Source: a virus
Taxonomy: Duplodnaviria > Caudoviricetes
DNA: 64,000 bases
IMG/VR virus record: IMGVR_UViG_3300031418_000003
Direction: 5' to 3' (one strand)
This document shows positions 48,696 through 58,478 of this stretch, in pieces. The notes under the pieces are model-generated. The model searched no databases. It saw only the letters and a program-made list of their open reading frames with translations, and was not told the DNA's origin. Within the stretch, counting starts at the first letter, position 1, and every line of letters starts with the position of its first letter. The position numbers were made by a program, and so were the translations under genes.

Positions 48696-51050
48696 TCACT
48701 TACAGACGGGGAACGGGTGAGTTAAATCTTCTTCTGACGACACTGCGCGTAACACGAATACGCCTTCAGGATCAATACCAGAACGAGTCAATACCCAAAC
48801 CTTATTACCCTTATCTTTACGGAACTTCATCAGTACCTGCGGATATTCACTGAAGTGGCGACCTGCTACTTCAATGGCTTTCCGTACTACCGCGAATAGT
48901 TCAGGGTTGATGGATTCCTTTAAATACACTGCGTCAAGTTGAACGGGACCGTTTTCCTTGATCATGTTAATGAAGACACTATCACGCTTGAAAATGATCT
49001 TGCGTTTAGCAGCTGTCATCATGACCGCACGGGTTTCGTCATCTTCTTTCTTGAATAGCTCTTCAAACTCTTTCTGAGCATCTTCTTTGCTCATCAGAAT
49101 TTCGATTCCATTACGGATGAAATCGTTAGAACCATAATCCATGAAAGCACGCAGTGCTGGATGATCATTTTGTTTCAGATACTCCAGGAGATCTTCCAGA
49201 TCTTCAAAGAGATTTCCAACACGCAGATACTCCAGAGATTTATCTGCCTTAGATTCAGCATACCCACGGGATTCAACTAACCAGCGGTTTACCAAATTAG
49301 TCAGATAGTCGTTCAAGAACGTCACAAACTCTTCGTCGCCATACTCACGACATTGACCACGCAGTGAACGAATCACACGCGCCGTGTCAACTTTCTCTTC
49401 TTTATTACCACGAACCATCAGCTTGAACTGAGAATAGAACAGATCCATATCAGTACCCACTGGCAGGGTCCACTGACGAGTGTTCGCCATCGGTAAAACA
49501 AATGCATCAAGTTTGGAGGTCGGATCATGCGATTCAGTAAAGATGTCGATACGAGAGATCGTATTCTCAGTACTGATGTTCGCCTGCATCGGACGACTGC
49601 TTACCATGACATTTGGTTTTTCTTTCAGTTCCTTCATTTCTTCCATAGGTACAATGTACCCTTCACGGATGAATTCAGATGTCTCCATGACTTTCGGATC
49701 CCAGGTTGTTTTCTGGACGCCGTCTTCTTCATACATCAGTGGGAGGAGTTTGGAAGGATCACTAATAAGGTCATTCATTTCCATTGGATCACTGAGGCTA
49801 TAATTAATGAAGCGATAATCAAAAGTACCTTGTTGCCAGTCGAAAGACCACACTGCCAGTTTACCCAGCACGTTGGTATCACGCATGGAATACGAGGAAC
49901 CATCCTGCTTACGGAACGCTTTGGTGATGAAATCCAGGTGATAGCGATGCAATAACCAGAAGCCAGTTTGACCCAGCGGTGCACCGAAGTCGCTCAGATT
50001 AAATTGCATACGATTTTCAAAGCTGAAATCTTCGATCTTCAACGTAGGTTTGTCAAAGTTATCGTAGCTTGGGATGCTCATCTGATTTTGCTGATGAACA
50101 ACTTCACCATAGATGTTGTTTTGTTTATTGCTATTGACTTTCTGGGCAACCCAGTTACTGAAGTCGTTAGCACCAATGTTGGTTTGCTGTTGAATTGTGT
50201 TCATGTCATAGACGTGACCACCCATGCCCATGTTTGCTGGCTCAGCCACATCCAGTAACGGATTATGAACGATGGTGTTCTCAGCGATACTCCCCATCTT
50301 CCCTTTACTGTATGGGCATTCCATATCGGCAAACAGACAACGCGCCATGACCTGTTGAAACGTTGGTTCTTCACGTTCAGCAAGTGCCTTTTTAGCCAAC
50401 GCACTCATTTTATAAAACTCTTGAGAGTTATTGGAAAGATAATCGATGAACTGCAGTGTAAGGATATCAATAGAAGCATGATACACTACATCCTGCATTG
50501 CTTGTTGAGAGCGCATTTGATCGTTGCCGGTCATAAGCTGCCAGGCCATAAAAGAACCAAACTGAATGCCGACCTGGGCCAGAATAAAGTTATGGAGCGC
50601 CTGGTTGTTCTCAACGTCGTTTACAAACTGCTCAAGGGCATGGTCTTTTGGGCCATTACGCTCAACGGATTTAAACCGATCTAATGCAGACTTCCAGGCA
50701 AGATACATTGGACTACCTTGCTTGCGTTGCATACAGAGATTGACCACGTGGTTAGCCACATGTCCGCCTTCCGCCAATGCTTGTTTCTTTATCTGCTCTT
50801 CACCGATGTTGTCATCCAAACCAATCATTGCCGCATAGTTAGTGCGACTTGGTCCATATGAGTACAACGACGCCATACTGTTATTCTGAGTATTCATCCC
50901 GCCAGCAAATTTCGCTGCAGCACCTGCCAACAGTGCAAATGGGTTATAATTACTCTGAGGTTGTTGCATACCGGGTTGCTGCATGCCAGGTTGTTGTGGT
51001 TGCTGCGGACGACCTACCATTACTCTACCGTTGTTGCCGTTGTTCATCAT
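48696..51050 (-). CDS. Hypothetical protein (784 aa) with a Q/N/P/G-rich low-complexity N-terminus
   Basis: Long ORF directly after the RNAP subunit; PQQPQQPGMQQPGMQQPQ repeat. Confidence 0.85.
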   Translation of the reverse strand: MMNNGNNGRVMVGRPQQPQQPGMQQPGMQQPQSNYNPFALLAGAAAKFAGGMNTQNNSMASLYSYGPSRTNYAAMIGLDDNIGEEQIKKQALAEGGHVANHVVNLCMQRKQGSPMYLAWKSALDRFKSVERNGPKDHALEQFVNDVENNQALHNFILAQVGIQFGSFMAWQLMTGNDQMRSQQAMQDVVYHASIDILTLQFIDYLSNNSQEFYKMSALAKKALAEREEPTFQQVMARCLFADMECPYSKGKMGSIAENTIVHNPLLDVAEPANMGMGGHVYDMNTIQQQTNIGANDFSNWVAQKVNSNKQNNIYGEVVHQQNQMSIPSYDNFDKPTLKIEDFSFENRMQFNLSDFGAPLGQTGFWLLHRYHLDFITKAFRKQDGSSYSMRDTNVLGKLAVWSFDWQQGTFDYRFINYSLSDPMEMNDLISDPSKLLPLMYEEDGVQKTTWDPKVMETSEFIREGYIVPMEEMKELKEKPNVMVSSRPMQANISTENTISRIDIFTESHDPTSKLDAFVLPMANTRQWTLPVGTDMDLFYSQFKLMVRGNKEEKVDTARVIRSLRGQCREYGDEEFVTFLNDYLTNLVNRWLVESRGYAESKADKSLEYLRVGNLFEDLEDLLEYLKQNDHPALRAFMDYGSNDFIRNGIEILMSKEDAQKEFEELFKKEDDETRAVMMTAAKRKIIFKRDSVFINMIKENGPVQLDAVYLKESINPELFAVVRKAIEVAGRHFSEYPQVLMKFRKDKGNKVWVLTRSGIDPEGVFVLRAVSSEEDLTHPFPVCK

Positions 51051-51053
51051 TTA

Positions 51054-52745
51054 TTAATTCTCTCTAAACTTAAGTCTGCGTTTGGTTGCCTCATAGAGAC
51101 CGCGGTCATCAGGCCGCAAAGCAGTGTACTTACCATGTACTAAGTGAACACGAGGTTGGAGCATTCCGCGACCATCCGGATTCGGTTTACTTGCATACTG
51201 ATAAGACACCACAAAGGGCTGTGAAGCGTCGATCACGCTACCTGGATGGTTAGGATCAAAATCTTCTTTCTTACGACCAGGTCCGCGGTTTACCGTGGAT
51301 TTGGTTTGAAGAATAATGCCCAGGCCATAGTCGATAAGCGGATTATCAGTACCGGTTGCCTCGAGGATGGAATTGTTCTCACGGACCGACTTATCAATAT
51401 TAAACAAACGGAAATGTGCATCCAGTTCGCGATTGATAATCTTCGGGGTGATATTGCTTTTGTTGCGGATCATAAAGCGGAAGTCATTTGCCTGATGAAT
51501 CAGGAAGTCAACCATGAACTCCATAGAGGCCAGTTCTTTATGTAGCATGTCCGCCGGGTTATATAACTTGATCAATGAAGAATAGTTGAGCATGAGATAG
51601 TTAAACAAGTCGTACGTCGTCGAGATGTCGATGTCAAACTTATTATACTTCTCAACCGTGATGTTATCCGCCATTTCCTCAATACTGGTGAAATGCTCAT
51701 TCATCTGACGCAGATAAACACTTGGATCAGTACGCTGTGGAAGTCGAATAGAACAACGTCCAATGATCAGTCGCCAATAATCGATATCGTCAATACGACG
51801 AACATCGAGTTCATGACTAAATACCCCAAACATAAACAACAGCCCGCCAGCGTATTGTAATGCGAGGTTACTGATCTCTCCACCTTTATTACGGCTTCGG
51901 ATTGCCAATGCGGGTTCTGCCAACAACGGCGTGCCCTTTGGACGATCGAATGCCTTGGGATGGATTGCGCCTGTGTTACTCAATACTTGCCAGCCGTCTT
52001 TCTCCGGACAGATGTCCAGGAGTGTGTCCAGCGTGTCAATTTCAAAATCACATTCAGCAAATTCATTCATACATTTACTGAACCCATACTTTCCAAATAC
52101 ATACCAAGCCAGCAGAGGGATAGGAACCTTCTTACTGGTGATCTTGCGATCGTTCTTGGAACTCATGAATCGGTTAGCTGGCAGCGTCATGTTAATGGCA
52201 CTGGTGTTGATGTTACCCATGTTCCGATACACACGGTTAAAAGTGTGAATCTCTTTGGTGACTTTGAACTTATAGCCCAGCACACGGATGAAGATCGTTT
52301 TGTCACGACCACCATCAACAGAGGGCCCACGCTCCGACAGGACATACTGAAGACTGTACAAGCCGTTACGCACTTTGATGTCGCCATGCTTATTGGTATA
52401 AGACAAGAACATCAGCGGACTTTTCAGTTCGGATTCAACCCCAGTGACAGGATCCTTAAAGTGATTAAGGAGCTTGACGCCGAAGAAACTGTTCTTAGCG
52501 ATTTCAAAGTCTTTGGTCCCATTACCGCTGACACGGGTGATCTGATTATAGAAATCAATCGGATCAACTTCTTCAATGCCGTCGAAGATATATCCCTTTT
52601 CCTGCAAAGACCGGAACATGCTCCCGAATGCTTCTTCGAGGTGATCAATGATCCTGTCCATGTCTTTCTTGTGCCAACCATCCACTAACTCAGGGGTAAA
52701 GCCACCACGTTCTTGGCGAAGCGGTTTGAGTACTTGCGGATCCAT
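51054..52745 (-). CDS. Non-virion RNA polymerase beta-like subunit (phiKZ gp123-like)
   Basis: Size 563 aa, position two genes after the MCP, and the C-terminal SKPNPDGRGMLQP segment match the family as I recall it. Confidence 0.8.
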   Translation of the reverse strand: MDPQVLKPLRQERGGFTPELVDGWHKKDMDRIIDHLEEAFGSMFRSLQEKGYIFDGIEEVDPIDFYNQITRVSGNGTKDFEIAKNSFFGVKLLNHFKDPVTGVESELKSPLMFLSYTNKHGDIKVRNGLYSLQYVLSERGPSVDGGRDKTIFIRVLGYKFKVTKEIHTFNRVYRNMGNINTSAINMTLPANRFMSSKNDRKITSKKVPIPLLAWYVFGKYGFSKCMNEFAECDFEIDTLDTLLDICPEKDGWQVLSNTGAIHPKAFDRPKGTPLLAEPALAIRSRNKGGEISNLALQYAGGLLFMFGVFSHELDVRRIDDIDYWRLIIGRCSIRLPQRTDPSVYLRQMNEHFTSIEEMADNITVEKYNKFDIDISTTYDLFNYLMLNYSSLIKLYNPADMLHKELASMEFMVDFLIHQANDFRFMIRNKSNITPKIINRELDAHFRLFNIDKSVRENNSILEATGTDNPLIDYGLGIILQTKSTVNRGPGRKKEDFDPNHPGSVIDASQPFVVSYQYASKPNPDGRGMLQPRVHLVHGKYTALRPDDRGLYEATKRRLKFREN

Positions 52746-52758
52746 TAACTTCTCCTAT

Positions 52759-53844
52759 CTAAACTATTTTTAAGAACTGCAATAAGGTCAGAACAGTTTT
52801 TGCATTACCCACGATGGAATTAATAAAACGGGTAATCCCACTTACATAATCATCGGCGCGGTATTCTTTCAGTTTCTCAATAGTCACCGTTTGTTTAAAA
52901 TCACTGGTTGCTCTATTGATTTTCTCGACCCTGGTTTTACATTCCAGTTCATCGATTTTACTGGTTAGCTTTTTCTGCTCTGCTTTTAGATCGTTACATT
53001 CTTTCTTGATTTTGTCTTTCTCAGTAATAACCGAGAGTGTGTATTCTCCTGTAGAATGCTTTCTGGCATCCCGTTCTGTTGCGTGTAAATTAAACCCTAA
53101 GAGTTTCTTAGGATCCAGCAGTTCTTCGATTGGAATAAATTGTTTATGTTCTAGTCTCAGTCCACCGGCTAAGTATAGCCCGTCTTGTTGCTCCTCATCT
53201 TTAACAGGTAAAATAGAAGTCACGTTGCCGAACCCACTGGTCCACAACCGACCTACACGGTTTTCATTATCAATCAGTCTGGCAGAGAACAAGGTACGAA
53301 TACCTTTATTAGTATAGTTGTCTGCTTCGTGATCAATTTCTTCCAGATCTTTGACAACACGGTCTTTGATATAACCCAGTGGATTGTCACCATGCGTCTT
53401 CTCAACCATATTCATGGTCTCGCGGATGGTAATCCCCAACAGGTTAGATTTATGCACTGTCCTGTGATCCAGGAAGTCAAAGCTCATCTCAATTTGAACA
53501 GTCATTTTAGTCTGATCACACTGAGGGGTGAAAGGCGTAACACGACCTCTCATTTTTTCAATATTTTCTTTAAAGGCAATTAGAAATTGTTTATCGCATT
53601 CTAATTGGGAATCCGTACTCGGAATATTAACACGGCGGGGATCAACCAATCGTGTTACCCGCACAATGACTTTCCCGCGATCTTCCAATCGTTCAGGTCG
53701 GCCATCTTGTTTCAGGATCTCCATCTCAATACCCAACCGATCTGTGATAACCACATCTTGGTTAGTATAGTTGAAATATTCGATACCCTCGACAATAGGT
53801 GCACTCCGAGACGGCGTCCAGTTTTCACCAGATACTGTACTCAT
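52759..53844 (-). CDS. Conserved hypothetical protein (361 aa, C-terminal coiled coil)
   Basis: Between the MCP and the RNAP subunit; AGGAG RBS. Confidence 0.8.
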   Translation of the reverse strand: MSTVSGENWTPSRSAPIVEGIEYFNYTNQDVVITDRLGIEMEILKQDGRPERLEDRGKVIVRVTRLVDPRRVNIPSTDSQLECDKQFLIAFKENIEKMRGRVTPFTPQCDQTKMTVQIEMSFDFLDHRTVHKSNLLGITIRETMNMVEKTHGDNPLGYIKDRVVKDLEEIDHEADNYTNKGIRTLFSARLIDNENRVGRLWTSGFGNVTSILPVKDEEQQDGLYLAGGLRLEHKQFIPIEELLDPKKLLGFNLHATERDARKHSTGEYTLSVITEKDKIKKECNDLKAEQKKLTSKIDELECKTRVEKINRATSDFKQTVTIEKLKEYRADDYVSGITRFINSIVGNAKTVLTLLQFLKIV

Positions 53845-53897
53845 ATAACTCCTAATCTATTTCTTGCAAGAAATAACTTCCGTACTACTGTTCACAA

Positions 53898-53916
53898 GGA
53901 TAATATCTGCCTAAAA
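53898..53916 (-). promoter_or_regulatory. Putative phage early promoter (TTTTAGGCAGATATTATCC)
   Basis: 18/19 identical to 18468-18486; sits after the MCP terminator and upstream of the operon containing the RNAP subunit. Confidence 0.7.
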
Positions 53917-53951
53917 ATGTTTAAGGATGAAATTTATATAAACAGCAAAAA

Positions 53952-53983
53952 CCCCCTTCCCCAGCCGCAGCCAGGGAAGGAGG
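53952..53983 (-). terminator. Intrinsic terminator after the MCP
   Basis: Minus strand CCTCCTTCCCTGGC-TGCG-GCTGGGGAAGGGGG followed by TTTTT. Confidence 0.8.
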
Positions 53984-54021
53984 AAATTTGTTTAAAGCTT
54001 AATCGCCAGGGAGATGTTCTA

Positions 54022-56181
54022 TTATGGAACGTCTACGGCTACTTCCTGAGCGTCGCTGGTATCCGTTTTAGGGATAGTCACAACTGGACCGCCTGCAATC
54101 TGCAGTTTGTTCACGCGAGTGATCAGACCTTCTTCACCCAGCAGAGATGCGATATCTTCAACAACAACGCGACCCACAACTGGGCACAGGCTGTGATGCT
54201 GATAAGCAGGCTGAGTGATGATCATGCGGTACTGACGATCAGACTGTTGTACCTGACCTTCGATGACCAGCAGTTCTTTGGTCACGTTGATACCGATACC
54301 ACCGAAGATGTCAACAACGCCATCTTTGGTCTGTGAAGTCGGAACAACCCACATACGACCAACTTCTGAGTCGATGTTAGTTTCCACGATGTGGAACTTG
54401 ATGTTCTGACCGAAGGTACGGTAGTCACCCTGAGTCATCAGGAACGGAGCCAGTGATGCGTGAGCCACAACGGTGTACTCTTCATCACGACCATCCAGCT
54501 CTTTCAGCGCAGAGATGTTGGAGTTGATACGCAGTGCAGTGATCAGATCCCACAGTTTGTTAACCAGAACTGCTTCGATGTTCTCACGGGTATTTTTGGA
54601 TTCCAGAGTAGACACTTCGTTAACCAGGTTAACGGTGGCTTCCAGACCTACGGTACCCAGGAAGTGCTGACCTGGCAGGATAGAGGCTGAGTCATCGTTG
54701 ATGTTAACGATTTTCATACCGTTGTTGTCGTGGATGTAATCGAAGTGCGCGTTGGCAGCTTTGAATGCATCGTGAGACATGTTACGGGTTACCATCACAT
54801 CCATCTGCTTAACCATCATTGCCAGCACGCCAGCGTTGTTATCCTGATCAAGCATTGGATACTTGATAGAGATCGGCTGACGACGGTTGATGTTGTAAGA
54901 CTTCATGTTGCTTGCATAAACAACAGTAGTACCGTAACGGCTACGGTTCACGTTGTTATGGTTCATGGTCAGATAAACACCATCGATTTCGCCATCGAAG
55001 TCTGCAGCGTTGATCAGCGCAGTGGTGGTATCTGGCATGCCAGCAGTTCCCGGAGTCAGACGGTTACCATCAGCGTCGATCACGTAAGCGATAGATACTG
55101 GTGAAACAGTTGGTGACCAGGTACGGGTAGAGCGGCTGTAAGTCGCAGTCAGTTCGAACTGAAGGAAGACTTTCAGACCAGCGTCAGTCAGTGATTTGAA
55201 CAGAGTGGTAGATTTACCATCTTTGTCTTTCAGGTTGCTGACATTCAGGCCATTGATCGGGAAGTTGATCTGACGTTTTTCTTCTGATGTAACACCAGTA
55301 GAAGGACGCGCAGCCACGTTAGACATGGTGCTGGTATCAACTACGAAGAAACCGCTACCGTCTTTGGTGGTGATCTTCAGCAGAAGCTTGTTCAGCTTGA
55401 TAGAAGATGCTTCGATCTCATCGTTGTTCTCGAACGCAGGAGAACCTGGAGCGCGGCACAGAGACAGCAGGTTGTTAATTTTCTTAACAGCCAGGAAGTT
55501 AGTCTGGTGCGCCTGACGACCCAGCAGGTCACCGTCGTCATAAGAGACAGGCCATGGAGCCCAATCAGCAGATGGAACGAATGAAGCAGCGTTAGGATCC
55601 TGGGCGTTCTCTGGGAGAACAGGAACCAGCTTCAGATCGTCGCCTGGATTGAATTTGGAATCAGACAGGACAGATGCGATAGGACGCATTTGTTCCCATG
55701 CTTCGTTTGCGTTGCCTGAAGAGTTGTACGCACCAACACCAGCGATGTCGATTGGAATAACCAGCGCTTCTTCGGTGTACGGCAGTACGATAGTTGGGTA
55801 CAGTGCTTCAGCAGCTGCCCACTGTTTGTTACCACGGGCGTTCAGATCCAGGGTAGCAGCCTTCATACGGGCCACGCCACCTTGTTCTAACTGCATGGAG
55901 AACGATTCCATACCGCCGTGTTTGATCATGTCTTTCAGGGCATTGGCGCGATTGTTGAAATCGCCGTCGTGCTCAACCTGAGATGCAACTGCGCGCTTCT
56001 GGTTATGGTTCATCAGACCATCCAGTTGAGCGATACCGGCGCTAAAGCTCTCGTTACCAACGATTGACTTCAGTGAGCCATCGGAATGAGAAGCATTGCC
56101 AACTGCCATTGCGTTGATCAGTACTTTAAGATCTTGTCCACTTTTTGCAGTGGAGAAGCTGAAACCTGGAGTTTGTTCCAT
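54022..56181 (-). CDS. Major capsid protein precursor (phiKZ gp120-like)
   Basis: 719 aa, strong codon bias, EALYPTIV and PAYQHH motifs, propeptide ending at GNE44 or GGME92, adjacent to DnaB. Confidence 0.9.
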   Translation of the reverse strand: MEQTPGFSFSTAKSGQDLKVLINAMAVGNASHSDGSLKSIVGNESFSAGIAQLDGLMNHNQKRAVASQVEHDGDFNNRANALKDMIKHGGMESFSMQLEQGGVARMKAATLDLNARGNKQWAAAEALYPTIVLPYTEEALVIPIDIAGVGAYNSSGNANEAWEQMRPIASVLSDSKFNPGDDLKLVPVLPENAQDPNAASFVPSADWAPWPVSYDDGDLLGRQAHQTNFLAVKKINNLLSLCRAPGSPAFENNDEIEASSIKLNKLLLKITTKDGSGFFVVDTSTMSNVAARPSTGVTSEEKRQINFPINGLNVSNLKDKDGKSTTLFKSLTDAGLKVFLQFELTATYSRSTRTWSPTVSPVSIAYVIDADGNRLTPGTAGMPDTTTALINAADFDGEIDGVYLTMNHNNVNRSRYGTTVVYASNMKSYNINRRQPISIKYPMLDQDNNAGVLAMMVKQMDVMVTRNMSHDAFKAANAHFDYIHDNNGMKIVNINDDSASILPGQHFLGTVGLEATVNLVNEVSTLESKNTRENIEAVLVNKLWDLITALRINSNISALKELDGRDEEYTVVAHASLAPFLMTQGDYRTFGQNIKFHIVETNIDSEVGRMWVVPTSQTKDGVVDIFGGIGINVTKELLVIEGQVQQSDRQYRMIITQPAYQHHSLCPVVGRVVVEDIASLLGEEGLITRVNKLQIAGGPVVTIPKTDTSDAQEVAVDVP

Positions 56182-56294
56182 CGTTAATACCCTTTACGAA
56201 AAAGCTTTGAAAACAAATATATTTGTTCGCGGTTACAATGTTTACGCATAAGATAGCTCTTATCTATAGCGCATCCCAACAATTCCACACAGTA

Positions 56295-56846
56295 TTACTG
56301 CGCGACTTTCTGAATTACAAAACCCAAATCAATGAACTTTCTTTGAGCAACCGTTTTCGTGAGTTCTTTATTATCACGGAAATACGATTCGAAAACATTA
56401 TAAGCCGACAGTAATGCTTGATAAAGAGAACTGGCCAGATCCCCTTGAACGTTCGTGAACATTGAATTGTTCACAGTATTATTACTGTTAAGTATGAAAA
56501 GTTTGCCGTTGAAGATATGGTAGTAGAAAAAGTTACCTAAATGAATACTAGGATCAGCATTTAATACTTCATCATATTTTGCCTTATAAACTACTCCCTT
56601 ACGATTGATGTCACCGATTGTAATATCACTGACATAATCATAGGTTGTAGTCTTAAACCCACAATATTGCTTTTCCACGGCACGCTGGAACTTTAACCAG
56701 TCCAACAGATCCTCGTCAGCAACCGCGGGGAACTTGGGGAGATAAGGCAATTGAGACAATTCAAGTTTATGAGAATTTAGAAGTTGAAGGTGATGCTCTT
56801 GTAAGAAGTACACCTCTAATTTCTTATCACCCGATTTATACAACAT
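56295..56846 (-). CDS. Conserved hypothetical protein (183 aa) between DnaB and the MCP
   Basis: Syntenic position; AAGGT RBS. Confidence 0.7.
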   Translation of the reverse strand: MLYKSGDKKLEVYFLQEHHLQLLNSHKLELSQLPYLPKFPAVADEDLLDWLKFQRAVEKQYCGFKTTTYDYVSDITIGDINRKGVVYKAKYDEVLNADPSIHLGNFFYYHIFNGKLFILNSNNTVNNSMFTNVQGDLASSLYQALLSAYNVFESYFRDNKELTKTVAQRKFIDLGFVIQKVAQ

Positions 56847-56884
56847 ACGAATTAACCTTTTAAAGTTTCAATGAGGAGCTGTAC

Positions 56885-58429
56885 ATGAATAACCTTATTC
56901 GTCTTGTTAAACTCACCAGTGCAATCTATCAAGCGTGGCGTTTAAAAGACGTAGATCTCATGGACGAGATTCTGTTGCTGGCCGAAGAGGTACCCAACAG
57001 CAAAGAAAGTTTGGTTTACCAAGACAAGAAGACCGAAGCAAGATTGCGTCGCCTGCTGTCATGGATCAGAGAGCAACCGGAAGACTCTAACATCATAACA
57101 TCACTAATGTCTCCGAAGATTGCAGAGATTGTCATGTTGTCGCCTGAATTGGAAAAGGTTTTAAATGAAGCCTTTAACAATGACCTGGCTGTTGAAGACT
57201 CTCGTCAGTTTGTTTTTCAGATCACCAAAGAACTGCGTGACAATGATACCAGCAGCAAATTCAATACCCAATTCAAAACCATGGTTCGTCCTTTCCTCTT
57301 TGAAGATGAAAAAGATTTGACCAAAGATGATTGGCTAAAGATCAGTGAACTGATTAATGGCAAAATCACTGACATGAATGAAAGTACCTTTGACAAAGCT
57401 GTTGTCGAAGCAACCGGTTCAGATGATCCCAATACCCTGATCGAAGTGATCAATCAATTGAAGATTGAAACCTCAGCAGAAGGTATTATTAAAACGGGCT
57501 TAGCCGGTTTAAATGAAGCCCTGTTCCCTGACCTGGGTATCCGCCGTGGTTTAATGTACATGATCGAGGCATTGACTAACCGCGGTAAGTCTTTTGGTCT
57601 GGGTCACCTGTTAGCGTCTGTACCGCTCTATAACAAGCCGTTGTTGCGTAACAAGGCTAAGATCCCAACTGTGCTGTTAATGTCAGCAGAAGACTCTCTG
57701 GGCTTAATCTTCAAACGCATGTACGAACTGTTTGTTACTGCGAAGACTGGTGTGAAACCAGATTTCTTTGAAGCGACCACAGAAGAAGTGGTTAACGTCA
57801 TCATCAGTACCTTCCATGATAATGGTTGGGCCTTTAAATTCTACCGTGTTAACCCAAGCCATGATAACATCTATGAAATCATGCAGCGTGTTCGCACCCT
57901 TGAACTGAAAGGTCATGAAATCATTGTGGCAGCGTATGACTACCTGGCCATGGCCGACTTGACAGGTTGTACGGGTGAATCTCGTTCTGACAAACTGCAG
58001 AACCTGTATAACCGTGCACGTAACTTCTTCACTTCCCGTGGCGCTGCGTTCTTAACGCCGCATCAGTTAAACCCAGAAGCCAAGAAGTTTATTCGTGAAC
58101 AAGATGATGATTCTGAAATTTACTTTATCCGGGATGTTGGCGGTAAGTCGATGACAGAAGGTTCTACTAAGTTAACGAACGAAGTAGATGTCGTCATTGG
58201 GTTCCACGTAGCCAAACTCCAGAACAACGAGTGTTGGTTCACAGGTTACGTCGGCAAGAAACGTGGAGAGGGCGCAAAAGAATCTGATCGGTTCTTCATC
58301 TACCCGTTACATGAAACAAACGGTTTAGTTCACGATGTAAACTTTGAAAAGAAAACATTCCGTAAATCTCTGCAACATAGAAGTGAAGCAATGGGTGGTG
58401 GTACTGACTTTGACGACATGGCAGCATAA
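56885..58429 (+). CDS. dnaB: Replicative DnaB-like helicase
   Basis: IKTGLAGLN, Walker A ALTNRGKS, SAED, Walker B AYDYL, TPHQLN, EVD and KKRG motifs; GAGGAG RBS. Confidence 0.9.
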   Translation: MNNLIRLVKLTSAIYQAWRLKDVDLMDEILLLAEEVPNSKESLVYQDKKTEARLRRLLSWIREQPEDSNIITSLMSPKIAEIVMLSPELEKVLNEAFNNDLAVEDSRQFVFQITKELRDNDTSSKFNTQFKTMVRPFLFEDEKDLTKDDWLKISELINGKITDMNESTFDKAVVEATGSDDPNTLIEVINQLKIETSAEGIIKTGLAGLNEALFPDLGIRRGLMYMIEALTNRGKSFGLGHLLASVPLYNKPLLRNKAKIPTVLLMSAEDSLGLIFKRMYELFVTAKTGVKPDFFEATTEEVVNVIISTFHDNGWAFKFYRVNPSHDNIYEIMQRVRTLELKGHEIIVAAYDYLAMADLTGCTGESRSDKLQNLYNRARNFFTSRGAAFLTPHQLNPEAKKFIREQDDDSEIYFIRDVGGKSMTEGSTKLTNEVDVVIGFHVAKLQNNECWFTGYVGKKRGEGAKESDRFFIYPLHETNGLVHDVNFEKKTFRKSLQHRSEAMGGGTDFDDMAA

Positions 58430-58444
58430 TAACTAATTGCATAA

Positions 58445-58475
58445 CTACCTCTACTCCTTCACGGAGTAGAGGTAG
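58445..58475. terminator. Bidirectional terminator
   Basis: CTACCTCTACTCC-TTCAC-GGAGTAGAGGTAG, 13-bp stem between convergent genes. Confidence 0.85.
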
Positions 58476-58478
58476 ACA

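Noticed and set aside
51960-52688. 242-aa antisense ORF opposite the RNAP subunit, and the many other antisense or nested track ORFs
   Set aside because: Fully shadowed by well-supported genes; typical by-products of codon bias, with no RBS or motifs.
15223-58429. Inteins or introns in ligA, the RNAP subunit or dnaB
   Set aside because: Lengths and motif spacing look normal; no LAGLIDADG/HNH insert or intein-terminal motifs seen.
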